A stretch of 64,000 nt of DNA, from NCBI GenBank assembly GCA_050287085.1, contig JBNKBE010000002.1, positions 1-64,000 of the forward strand. Reading direction: 5' to 3'. The notes under the pieces are model-generated. The model ran no database searches. It had not been told where the DNA came from and saw only the letters and a list, made by a program, of their open reading frames with translations. Every line of letters begins with the position of its first letter. Position 1 is the first letter of the stretch. This document shows, piece after piece, positions 49,685 through 57,765 of the stretch. Made by a program: the position numbers and the translations under genes. This DNA is from Polyangiaceae bacterium (GTDB lineage Bacteria > Myxococcota_A > Polyangia > Polyangiales > Polyangiaceae).

Positions 49685-51273
49685 TGTCGCGATTTGCCAA
49701 GATCGGTGGACTGCCGCGCTATCTGCGCAAGGAGCAGGAACGCATCACGGAGGTGGCGCGCGCCGCGGGGCTGGACTTCTTTCCGACCCTCTTTGAGATG
49801 ATCAACTACCGCGAGATGAACGAGATCGCGGCCTACGGTGGCTTCCCTACTCGCTACCCACACTGGCGCTTCGGGATGGAGTACGAGCAGCTCGCCAAGA
49901 GTACTGAATACGGTTTGAGCAAGATCTACGAGCTCGTCATCAACAACAACCCGGCTGTGGCCTACCTACTCGAAGGCAACAGCCTCACCGATCAGAAGCT
50001 CGTGATGTGCCACGTGTACGCGCACGTCGACTTCTTCAAGAACAACTTCAGTTTTCGCGCCACCGACCTCAGCGCGATCAGCCCGTTGGATCTCTCGACA
50101 GCGGCGGGGCCCGAGTACAATCCAGACCGACGCTGGATAGACAAGATGGCCAACCACGGCTCGGTCGTGCGTCGGATAATAGATCGCCATGGTATCGACC
50201 AGGTGGAGCAGTTCATCGATCACTGCTTGTCGCTCGAGAACTTGATCGATCCGTGGTCGCGATTCGTTGTCCGCTCGCGCGAAAGTGAGGATACTGGCGG
50301 TGAGCCACAGCCGGTTGAGGTCCCCCGCTTGAGGGCCAAAGAGTATATGGAATCGTTCATCAATCCGGACGATTACATCGAGGCGCAGTCGCGCCGGATC
50401 AGTGCGGAGCGGGATGCAAAGAAGGGGCGCTTTCCGGAAGAGCCGGCGCAGGACGTGCTGCTATTCTTGTTGGAGCACGCACCGCTCGAGCGCTGGGAAA
50501 GAGCGATCCTTTCGCTGATACGCGACGAAGCTTATTACTTCATGCCTCAGATGCAGACCAAAATCATGAACGAAGGGTGGGCCAGCTACTGGCACTCCAG
50601 GCTCATGACCGAGGGGGTGTGTGACGCTTCGGAGATCGTCGACTACGCGGACAACAACGCCGCGGTGATGGCCACTAGTCAGGGTCAGCTTAACCCCTAC
50701 AAGTTGGGCGTTGAGCTGTACCGTCACATCGAGGAGCGCTGGGATAAGGGACAGTTCGGACGAGAGTGGGAAGCGATCGACAACCTGGACCGCAAGGTGG
50801 CCTGGAATCAGCGCACCGGACTGGGACGGAAGAAGGTGTTCGAAGTTCGAGCGCTGTACAATGACGTCACGTTTATCGACGAGTTCTTGACTCCGGAATT
50901 CGCGCTTGAGCAGAAGCTATTCGCCTTTGAATGGTCACCGCGCAACGAGCGCTATGAGGTGGCGACGCGAGAATTCCAAGCGGTGAAGGAGAAGCTTCTC
51001 AGTCAGCTCTCAAACATGGGCAATCCGATCATTCGCGTGTCCGACGCAAACTTCGAAAACCGTGGGGAACTGCTGCTGGCGCACCAGCACCTGGGTGTCG
51101 ATTTGCGACCCGACTATTGCCGTGAAGCGATGCGTTCGCTCAATCGCCTGTGGAAGCGTCCGGTTTGCCTTCAAAGCAAGCGCGAGGAGGCGGACATATT
51201 CATTCGTTTCGACGGCAAGGAATACACCGTCGAGGGTCAGCCGGAGCCGGAAGGGGCCGGCGGGCAAGCCTAG
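49684..51273 (+). CDS. SpoVR family protein
   Basis: YPHWRFG, IYELVINNNP, HVDFFKNN, TKIMNEGWASYWH and NPYKLG; 1-bp overlap with yeaH. Confidence 0.95.
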   Translation: MSRFAKIGGLPRYLRKEQERITEVARAAGLDFFPTLFEMINYREMNEIAAYGGFPTRYPHWRFGMEYEQLAKSTEYGLSKIYELVINNNPAVAYLLEGNSLTDQKLVMCHVYAHVDFFKNNFSFRATDLSAISPLDLSTAAGPEYNPDRRWIDKMANHGSVVRRIIDRHGIDQVEQFIDHCLSLENLIDPWSRFVVRSRESEDTGGEPQPVEVPRLRAKEYMESFINPDDYIEAQSRRISAERDAKKGRFPEEPAQDVLLFLLEHAPLERWERAILSLIRDEAYYFMPQMQTKIMNEGWASYWHSRLMTEGVCDASEIVDYADNNAAVMATSQGQLNPYKLGVELYRHIEERWDKGQFGREWEAIDNLDRKVAWNQRTGLGRKKVFEVRALYNDVTFIDEFLTPEFALEQKLFAFEWSPRNERYEVATREFQAVKEKLLSQLSNMGNPIIRVSDANFENRGELLLAHQHLGVDLRPDYCREAMRSLNRLWKRPVCLQSKREEADIFIRFDGKEYTVEGQPEPEGAGGQA

Positions 51274-51313
51274 CGGAGCTTTTGCGTTGCGTTTGCAAGC
51301 GCGTGCTCCGATG

Positions 51314-52456
51314 TCAGGAGCCCTCATCGGCGGGGGGTCCTGGAGGACCATGAGGGTGTCCTGAGCGCAGCGCCACGGGCGCTCGCGGTGAATAGCGTCC
51401 GACGCCCCGTTGCACACGGATCAAGCGTGTGCCGGATGCCTGGAGGTCCCCTTGGAAGGCCCCCGTCGGGGGAACGCCAGTGAGCGTTCGAGTGGTGAAG
51501 TGGGCGGTGAGCACGTAGTAGCCGGGGGCATCGAAGAATTCCCGTCCGCAGCGCTCGGCCAGCCTCACGTCGAGACTGGTTGTGGCACCGGGACGCAACC
51601 AGGTGTAGCTCTCCGGGGCCGGGGCTCGCAGCACCTCAGCTGGCTCGCAGCGCAAGGTCCCGTGAGCGCCGTGGGCTATCAGGGTGATACCTTCGCGGAA
51701 GAAATACACGGGCACCGTGCCGTCGCTCCGATTCTTGAGAGTGAGCCGCACGAAGGCCTCGTTGGCATTCGGACTATCGCTCCCCGCTGACAGCGACAGT
51801 CGCAACGCCTGGCCCGACACGTTCGCGGGCTCGACGCGTGTATTGGCCCATTTGTGGTAGCTTGAGTCGAGCGCAAAGCCGGCTCCGCTGACCGAGCCGA
51901 GCCCGGACGCGGAGGGCTCTGCAGTGGGCGCGCGCTTCGCTTCGGGGAAGCCGTAGTGGGGCACGACGTAGGCGCCGGGGACGAGTTCTTCCTGACCGTT
52001 TCGCGCAAAGCAGTAGAAGCGGGGGTCAACCTCAAAGGAGTAGGTTTCCCCTGGCTTGAGCCCGTTTTCCTGCGCCTCGCTTTTCCCTTGGGCTGGCAGC
52101 AGGCTGCGTGGGAGTCGGCAGACCTTCAGCTTGCGGCGACCCGGGACCTTCACCTCTAGCCACAAGAGGCGAGGATCGAGCAGCAGATGTGTGGGCTCTT
52201 TCCCCGTGTTGGTCAGCTCGACGGACCAGTTGGTGTAAGGGCCGTGCGCTCTCATGGACAGCTGGAGAGTGGCAGCCCCCGACTCCGAATCGGAGGCAGC
52301 CTTTGCCCCTGTGGCCTGACTGCCGGCGTTGTCGACGCCGCTGGGGCTTGCCAGGGCGCTGCGCGACGGCTGGGGCTCGCTGCGTGCGTGAGGGCTGGTA
52401 AGCTGGATGCCGGCGAGTAGCAGCACACCCGTCAGTATTCGTCCCCAAGTTGCCAT
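51314..52456 (-). CDS. Secreted hypothetical protein with two Ig-like beta modules
   Basis: Signal peptide; two segments with the pattern VxLxN...LxPG...DxR..C. Confidence 0.65.
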   Translation of the reverse strand: MATWGRILTGVLLLAGIQLTSPHARSEPQPSRSALASPSGVDNAGSQATGAKAASDSESGAATLQLSMRAHGPYTNWSVELTNTGKEPTHLLLDPRLLWLEVKVPGRRKLKVCRLPRSLLPAQGKSEAQENGLKPGETYSFEVDPRFYCFARNGQEELVPGAYVVPHYGFPEAKRAPTAEPSASGLGSVSGAGFALDSSYHKWANTRVEPANVSGQALRLSLSAGSDSPNANEAFVRLTLKNRSDGTVPVYFFREGITLIAHGAHGTLRCEPAEVLRAPAPESYTWLRPGATTSLDVRLAERCGREFFDAPGYYVLTAHFTTRTLTGVPPTGAFQGDLQASGTRLIRVQRGVGRYSPRAPVALRSGHPHGPPGPPADEGS

Positions 52457-52533
52457 AGCCGCGTTATGCCAGCTTTCTTGCGATGCGTGTCAGCGCGGCA
52501 GAACTGTCGGTGGGCCATCGGGCCGTGCCCTGA

Positions 52534-52597
52534 TGCCCGCGAGTAGGCGCCCGCGCCCTGGTGCCCGCGAGTTGCCGCGAGTAGGTGCCCGCGAGTT
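52534..52597. repeat. Cluster of five degenerate GCCCGCGAGT direct repeats in a divergent promoter region
   Basis: Copies at about 52535, 52549 (partial), 52563, 52574 and 52587. Confidence 0.75.
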
Positions 52598-52648
52598 GGA
52601 TGCAATGAAAGCTCGGGACCCGACCTGAGTGGGAGTAGACTGCCACGG

Positions 52649-53302
52649 ATGGCGGACTTGTATGCACTCTGCGATCTCGGAGTTGTTTCCGAGCGCGGCC
52701 TGGAGCTGGGGGCGGTGCTCGCCGGCATGTTGGCGGCGCGGCCCCACTGGCTCCAGATCCGCGCAAAGGAGTCATCAGACGCTGCCTTCTTGTCGGCTTT
52801 GGAGCTGGCGGTCGGGCTGCGCAATCGCGGGGCGGACCTGCGCACCCAGGTCATTGCCAACGATCGACCGGATCTAGCCCTCTTGGCTGGTTGTGACGGC
52901 GTTCACGTGGGGCAGCAGGATCTCACTCCGGCTGAGGTACGAGCCTTTGCTCCCAACTTGAGTGTTGGCATTTCCACGCACAGCATGGCTCAGCTCGTGG
53001 CTGCACTTGGGGAGCGGCCCGACTACGTCGCGCTTGGGCCGCTCTTTCCGACGGAAAGCAAACGCAACGCCGAGCCGGCCGTGGGCTGTGAGCCGCTGCC
53101 CGCGGCCCGGGCAGCAACGCGAGCCGCGGGGATCGCGCTGGTGCTGATCGGTGGCATCAGCGAAGCGCGCGCTCGCGGGCTCGGCGCGCTCTGTGATGCG
53201 GTGGCTGCGATCAGCGCCTTGCTGCCTGCGGCGCCAGGGGGGGATACGGAAGGGCAGGTCCGGGCGCGGTGTGAGGCCATCCAGCGAGCCACGAGGCTTT
53301 GA
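52649..53302 (+). CDS. thiE: Thiamine-phosphate synthase
   Basis: QIRAK, NDRPD, GVHVGQQD, GISTHS, GPLFPTESK and IGGI. Confidence 0.92.
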   Translation: MADLYALCDLGVVSERGLELGAVLAGMLAARPHWLQIRAKESSDAAFLSALELAVGLRNRGADLRTQVIANDRPDLALLAGCDGVHVGQQDLTPAEVRAFAPNLSVGISTHSMAQLVAALGERPDYVALGPLFPTESKRNAEPAVGCEPLPAARAATRAAGIALVLIGGISEARARGLGALCDAVAAISALLPAAPGGDTEGQVRARCEAIQRATRL

Positions 53303-53391
53303 CCGGAGCTCGTCGGCGATAGACCCGACAAGCATCGAACGCCTCGACGGACTGCGTAGCCGCGCGCGTCCGAGTCGCGTGCGGGCCAGCC

Positions 53392-54381
53392 CTAGTCTTG
53401 CATGGGGCGGTGTGCTTCGGCGGCAAAGCCTTCCAAGACGAGCTGGGGGGCCGTGTTTCCGGACAAGGTGAACAATGCCCTCTCTACGAGGTGGTAGCGT
53501 TCGGCACACAGCAACGCTTCGTACGAGCTGGCGTCCTGTCGAGCCCCTGCCGCAAGGCTACGCTGGTAGGCCACCAGCAGTTCGCGAGCCGCTTCGCGGT
53601 CTTTGGGGAGTTCTGCCGCTAAGCTGAGGGCGGCCCTGAGGGTGGGCGCGCCCAAGGCTTGGTCCAGCTCATGCGCGAAGCGCTCGACCGCTCCGCGGTT
53701 GTCGTCACTGGCATAGTCAATCGCTCGGGCCGCGCTGCCCTCTGCTGCGTGGGCCGCGCTCGCCGGCAAGCCGCGTTGCTGGAGCAACTCCTCCAGCACG
53801 GACTGCGGCAGAGGTGCGAAGCGCACCGCGACCGAGCGCGAGCGCACCGTGTCGAGCAGTCGGGGAGGGCTGTGGGTCAGCAGTATGAAGTGCACATGGG
53901 AACGAGGTTCCTCGAGCGTCTTCAGTAGGGCGTTGGCCGAGGCTGGGGTTAGCTCTTCCGCGGCCCGTATGATGAACACCAGCCGGCCCCCTTCGTGGGG
54001 ACCCGTGCGGCAGCGCTCGAGGACGATGCGCCGAACCTGCTCTACCCCGATCCCGGTGCCTTCTTTTTGCTTCAGGGACTCCGCGTACAGGCCTTTTCCG
54101 ACCAGGACCACGTCGGGATGTAGCGGAACGTGGGGCGCCTGCTCGCTATCGGTCATGGCGCGCCGGCAGATGTGACAATCACCGCACCCGTGATGCTCTG
54201 TACTCTTGCAGAGCAGGGCGCGGGCGAAGAGTCTTGCCGTCAGTTCTTTGCCGACACCACGCGGTCCCTCGAAGCGATAGGCATGATGGATCCGTTGGTG
54301 AACGAGAGCTCGCCGTAGGGTTTCAACCGCCACCGTCTGACCGTGGACGCCAGCAAAGCCCGGTTCGAAAGCGGGAGACAT
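53392..54381 (-). CDS. holB: DNA polymerase III delta' subunit
   Basis: HAYRFEGPRGVGK, C4 Zn site, HPDV, ANALLKTLEEP and TVRSR. Confidence 0.9.
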   Translation of the reverse strand: MSPAFEPGFAGVHGQTVAVETLRRALVHQRIHHAYRFEGPRGVGKELTARLFARALLCKSTEHHGCGDCHICRRAMTDSEQAPHVPLHPDVVLVGKGLYAESLKQKEGTGIGVEQVRRIVLERCRTGPHEGGRLVFIIRAAEELTPASANALLKTLEEPRSHVHFILLTHSPPRLLDTVRSRSVAVRFAPLPQSVLEELLQQRGLPASAAHAAEGSAARAIDYASDDNRGAVERFAHELDQALGAPTLRAALSLAAELPKDREAARELLVAYQRSLAAGARQDASSYEALLCAERYHLVERALFTLSGNTAPQLVLEGFAAEAHRPMQD

Positions 54382-54448
54382 GGACTTGCGTTACACCAAG
54401 TTGCCGTGTGGACCGCAAGGCTACGTTGGCGGTAGGCACGGGACAGAC

Positions 54449-54491
54449 AAAAAAGAGCAGTCCGACGACTGTAGGTAGTTGTCGGACTGCT
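54449..54491 (-). terminator. Rho-independent terminator downstream of the TetR gene
   Basis: agcagtccgac...gtcggactgct stem with A6 on the + strand, i.e. a U-tract on the - strand. Confidence 0.8.
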
Positions 54492-54580
54492 TCATGGCGC
54501 TGTTGTCGGCTTGTCGGTGGCTGACGAGCGTCGTGGACGCTATCGGCTACGCGGCAACGGCGTTTGCAGCTGTGATTGGG

Positions 54581-55420
54581 TCAGCTGTGATGATTAGGGA
54601 GCCCCGGATGACCCATGTGCGGGAGTCCTGGGGGCGCACTCTGTGGCGCTGACGGGGGCGCGCTCTGCGGATGCATGCCCTGCTGATGGGGGGGCATGTG
54701 GCTCGGATGCGCGCTCTGCATGTGTTGCTGCGGATGCATGTGCTGCATCGGGGGACGCGGGGTATCGAGATTCTGCAGACCCGCACGCAGCAGCGATACG
54801 AAGATATCAAACGCTTCCTGCGCCTTGGCAGCTTCACCCTCGACGTATTCGCAGACGGTAAGTCCGTTGAGCACGCTCAGCACCAAAGTACACAGCGACT
54901 CACGGATCCGTGAAGGATCTGCTCCGAGCATTTCGGCGATGCTCTGGGCTACCAGCTTGCGCTTCTCCTTCTGGAGGGCGGCCGCTCGTCGCTTCAACTC
55001 TTCGTCGTTGCGCGAAGCGCTCCAAACTTCGATGTTGAGCCCAACGTTGCCGTCGCCGGCTGCTTCCCACAGGGCGTGGATGCCTTTTGCCGAGCGCTCA
55101 CCAGGACCGAGATCCGAGCGGACCGCATCACGAACTCGCTCCAGATAGCGGAAGTAGGTGTAGCTCTGAACCTCGTGAATGAGCGCCGCTTTGCTGGCGA
55201 AGTAGTAGTGGACGATGCTCTTGCGTAGACCCAGCTCCTTGCCGATCTCGGCGAGCGTGGTGGCACTGAACCCTTTTCTGGAGAAGCACTTTGCCGCTGC
55301 CTCCAGAATGGCCGCTACACGCGGGTTGTTCCAGTCAACCGTACGTGGGGTGGGATCTGTTTCCTCAAGATGCACTTCGTGATGATGGTGGTGCGGTGTT
55401 GCCAGGTCTTGCGTCGTCAT
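54581..55420 (-). CDS. TetR/AcrR family regulator with His-rich N-tail and His/Met/Gln/Pro-rich C-tail
   Basis: HTH ILEAAAKCFSRKGFSATTLAEIGKELGLRKSIVHYYFASK; GAGAG upstream of the ATG. Confidence 0.92.
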   Translation of the reverse strand: MTTQDLATPHHHHHEVHLEETDPTPRTVDWNNPRVAAILEAAAKCFSRKGFSATTLAEIGKELGLRKSIVHYYFASKAALIHEVQSYTYFRYLERVRDAVRSDLGPGERSAKGIHALWEAAGDGNVGLNIEVWSASRNDEELKRRAAALQKEKRKLVAQSIAEMLGADPSRIRESLCTLVLSVLNGLTVCEYVEGEAAKAQEAFDIFVSLLRAGLQNLDTPRPPMQHMHPQQHMQSAHPSHMPPHQQGMHPQSAPPSAPQSAPPGLPHMGHPGLPNHHS

Positions 55421-55551
55421 AAGTCTCTCAGGTTAGTCGACCGACGTGGGTTGATGGCTTGCCTCCCTAGGGGATGGGGCCACGGGTTTCAAGCTTTTCC
55501 CCTCCGACAGCCCGACGTCGCCTTGTCTTCCGGCGTGGTGTTGCCCCTCAT

Positions 55552-55579
55552 TGTTGCCATCTACAGTGTTGCCATCTAC
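55552..55579. repeat. 15-bp tandem repeat
   Basis: tgttgccatctacag followed by tgttgccatctac. Confidence 0.8.
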
Positions 55580-55891
55580 GTAGCGGCCCGAGCCCCACGA
55601 GCGAGTTGCTCCAGTTGCCATTCGCTGACAACTCGATATTGCTTCTTCTGGTCCAGGTGCCCACAGGGCGGCGCCCGAGGAGCGAGTGCGAACCGAACGG
55701 GACACTTTCCGCGGCCATCGGTTTCTGCGGCCAAGAACGTGAAGCGCGGCTCTAGGGTCGGTAATACGCGGGTGATATGGCGGGTGGCCGGCTGTTGGCG
55801 CCGTTCTAAGAACGCGCCAGATAGAGGCCTGAGCGCCCTCCGTACAAGACAGGAAGGGCACGTTCCGATGGGATTTCTGCGGAGAGGTCAG

Positions 55892-55930
55892 GTTGCAGTT
55901 GGGTTGGAGTTGCAGTTGGGTTGGAGTTGC
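55892..55930. repeat. 17-bp tandem repeat
   Basis: gttgcagttgggttgga x2 plus gttgc. Confidence 0.85.
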
Positions 55931-56128
55931 GAGTCGGGCCGTACACCAGTAACGGCCGGCCGGTGCTGCTAACTGATGGCGGTCCATACAACCATTGAGC
56001 CGGCAAAAGGAAGCGCAATGGATATGAAGTTACAGGTCGGCTGGCGGGTGTGCTGTAAAACTTCGAAGTTTATCGAGTTTTCTAGACGTTCAGGAAACGT
56101 CTGGGGTCACGCAGCTGGCGTGCCACGA

Positions 56129-57736
56129 TCAGTCTGTGGGCTCAAAAACCGGCATGCCGGCCTCTTTTGTCCACCCGGCCACACCAAAGCGGCCAGCTTC
56201 CCGCTTCTCGAAGGTCTCCGGGGTGGCTGAAGTGGCTCCCACGGATTGCGTCAGCACGAGGAGCTCGTCCGCCGTGTATTCGGCGTGACCATCCCCGCGA
56301 AACTGACCGCGGTCGTCCGAGCCCGTGCCAACGAGCACGATCTGGGTGGTGGGCGGGTAGCGGTTGAGCCACTTCTCCCGCACGGCATGCCGACCGTGGC
56401 GGACGATACGGTACTGACGCACTACAAAACCCGGAACCCCGCGCTGGGCGAGCAGGCGCCGCCCTCGCTTCAGATTGGGTTCCATGCGTTCGACTTGTTC
56501 GAAGGGTTTTGCTTGGGTGATGCGGCGGATCAGCGTTGTCGTCTGTTCGGCAGGGGGGCCCAGAATCTCCGCTCGGACAACTCCGTTTTTTACGCTTTGG
56601 TGAAGAACCACTGGGAAGTCGAACGGGTTTCGAAATCGGTAGTTGATCGTTGGATAGACCACCGTCGCATCCAAGCCGAGCTTGATATAAGAGCTCGGGC
56701 GGGTGTGAGGCACGCGTTCGACGATTTCGAGGCCAGAAAAGAAGGCCGCACCGTGTAGGGTTCCCGAGATCTGACAGGTGCCACCGCCGATGCCATCGAC
56801 GAGCTCGCCTTGGGCGATGACCGGGGCCACCTTGTAGCCGTTGGTTTCGTCGCGGGCGCCCACCACGCGGTTGAAGTCGAAGGTTTCGCCTGCGAGCAGG
56901 ACATAGCCGTCTAGCTTTGAGGCGGCGACGCGAAGATTGTGGGTGCGGGCCGCGGAGCGTGCGCTGCGATCGTAGTGGGTCTCAAAGGCGCCTATCACGT
57001 GGTCGAAGCGAACGTCGCTCAGCTGTTCCGTGCGACGTTCGGCTGGCAGTGAGATGAAGACGAGTTCGCTTCGTGTCTTGCCGGCTTGAACCGCGCTCTC
57101 AAGCCGTTCCAAGCTCGCGTCGACGTCCAATAGTTGGCCGTCCACGGACGGGATGACACTGCGCGCGGCTAGGTCCAGACGGGCGTCGCGTGCCGGACGG
57201 TCGTATTCGGCCTTTACGCCCAGAAGGAATTCCGTCGCCTTCGCTCGGTCCAGCTTCAAGGGGGCGGGTAATGCGAGTGGCTCGTCAGGGCCGAGCCCAA
57301 GTCGCCTCCGCTGGCGAGATAGTGGGCTCGTCGGATCGAGGGAGTCGCGGACTAGCTGCGCCAAGTGGCTCTTGTCTAGGAGCACACCAAGATCGCCAAA
57401 TGAGAGGTGTTGCGTCTGCCCTTCGGGCAATTGCAGGGTGAACAACTGGCCGAGGTGCGAACGCATTTGAGCGAGCGCGGTTTGGGCCGCGTCTTGATCT
57501 AGGGGCAGGGGGGCTCCTAGAAAGAGGACGTTTTGAGGCTTGGCCCAACGGGCGCTCGGGCCCGCGAGGCTGACGGACAACGCCAGTGTGCCCGAGACGA
57601 GCAACACGCTCGCGCCGGCGGCCCAGCGGAGACCAGATACGCGCGCCGCGCGGGAGCGCAGAGCCGCAAGCACGCGATCCAACCCGGACGGTCTGGGGCC
57701 AGATGTGGCGGGAGGTCGAGAATTCTCGGGCGACAT
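56129..57736 (-). CDS. VanW family protein (PG_binding_4 / VanW / G5-like)
   Basis: TM anchor, RTHNL, FDFNRVVG, GGGTCQISGTL, ERVPH, LGLDATV and a G5-like Q.GVPG segment. Confidence 0.9.
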   Translation of the reverse strand: MSPENSRPPATSGPRPSGLDRVLAALRSRAARVSGLRWAAGASVLLVSGTLALSVSLAGPSARWAKPQNVLFLGAPLPLDQDAAQTALAQMRSHLGQLFTLQLPEGQTQHLSFGDLGVLLDKSHLAQLVRDSLDPTSPLSRQRRRLGLGPDEPLALPAPLKLDRAKATEFLLGVKAEYDRPARDARLDLAARSVIPSVDGQLLDVDASLERLESAVQAGKTRSELVFISLPAERRTEQLSDVRFDHVIGAFETHYDRSARSAARTHNLRVAASKLDGYVLLAGETFDFNRVVGARDETNGYKVAPVIAQGELVDGIGGGTCQISGTLHGAAFFSGLEIVERVPHTRPSSYIKLGLDATVVYPTINYRFRNPFDFPVVLHQSVKNGVVRAEILGPPAEQTTTLIRRITQAKPFEQVERMEPNLKRGRRLLAQRGVPGFVVRQYRIVRHGRHAVREKWLNRYPPTTQIVLVGTGSDDRGQFRGDGHAEYTADELLVLTQSVGATSATPETFEKREAGRFGVAGWTKEAGMPVFEPTD

Positions 57737-57765
57737 CGCGGCGCTGTGTATACCACCATCCGCAG

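Noticed and set aside
52457..52648. TPP riboswitch upstream of thiE
   Set aside because: The conserved CUGAGA and ACCUGAUC...AUAAUGCC...GGA core is absent.
32835..55930. Short repeat clusters as CRISPR arrays
   Set aside because: Units are 10-17 bp, abut without unique spacers and have few copies; no cas genes are present.
56129..57736. VanW and the ABC-F gene as antibiotic resistance determinants
   Set aside because: No van cluster; both families are widespread housekeeping proteins and nothing here indicates resistance.
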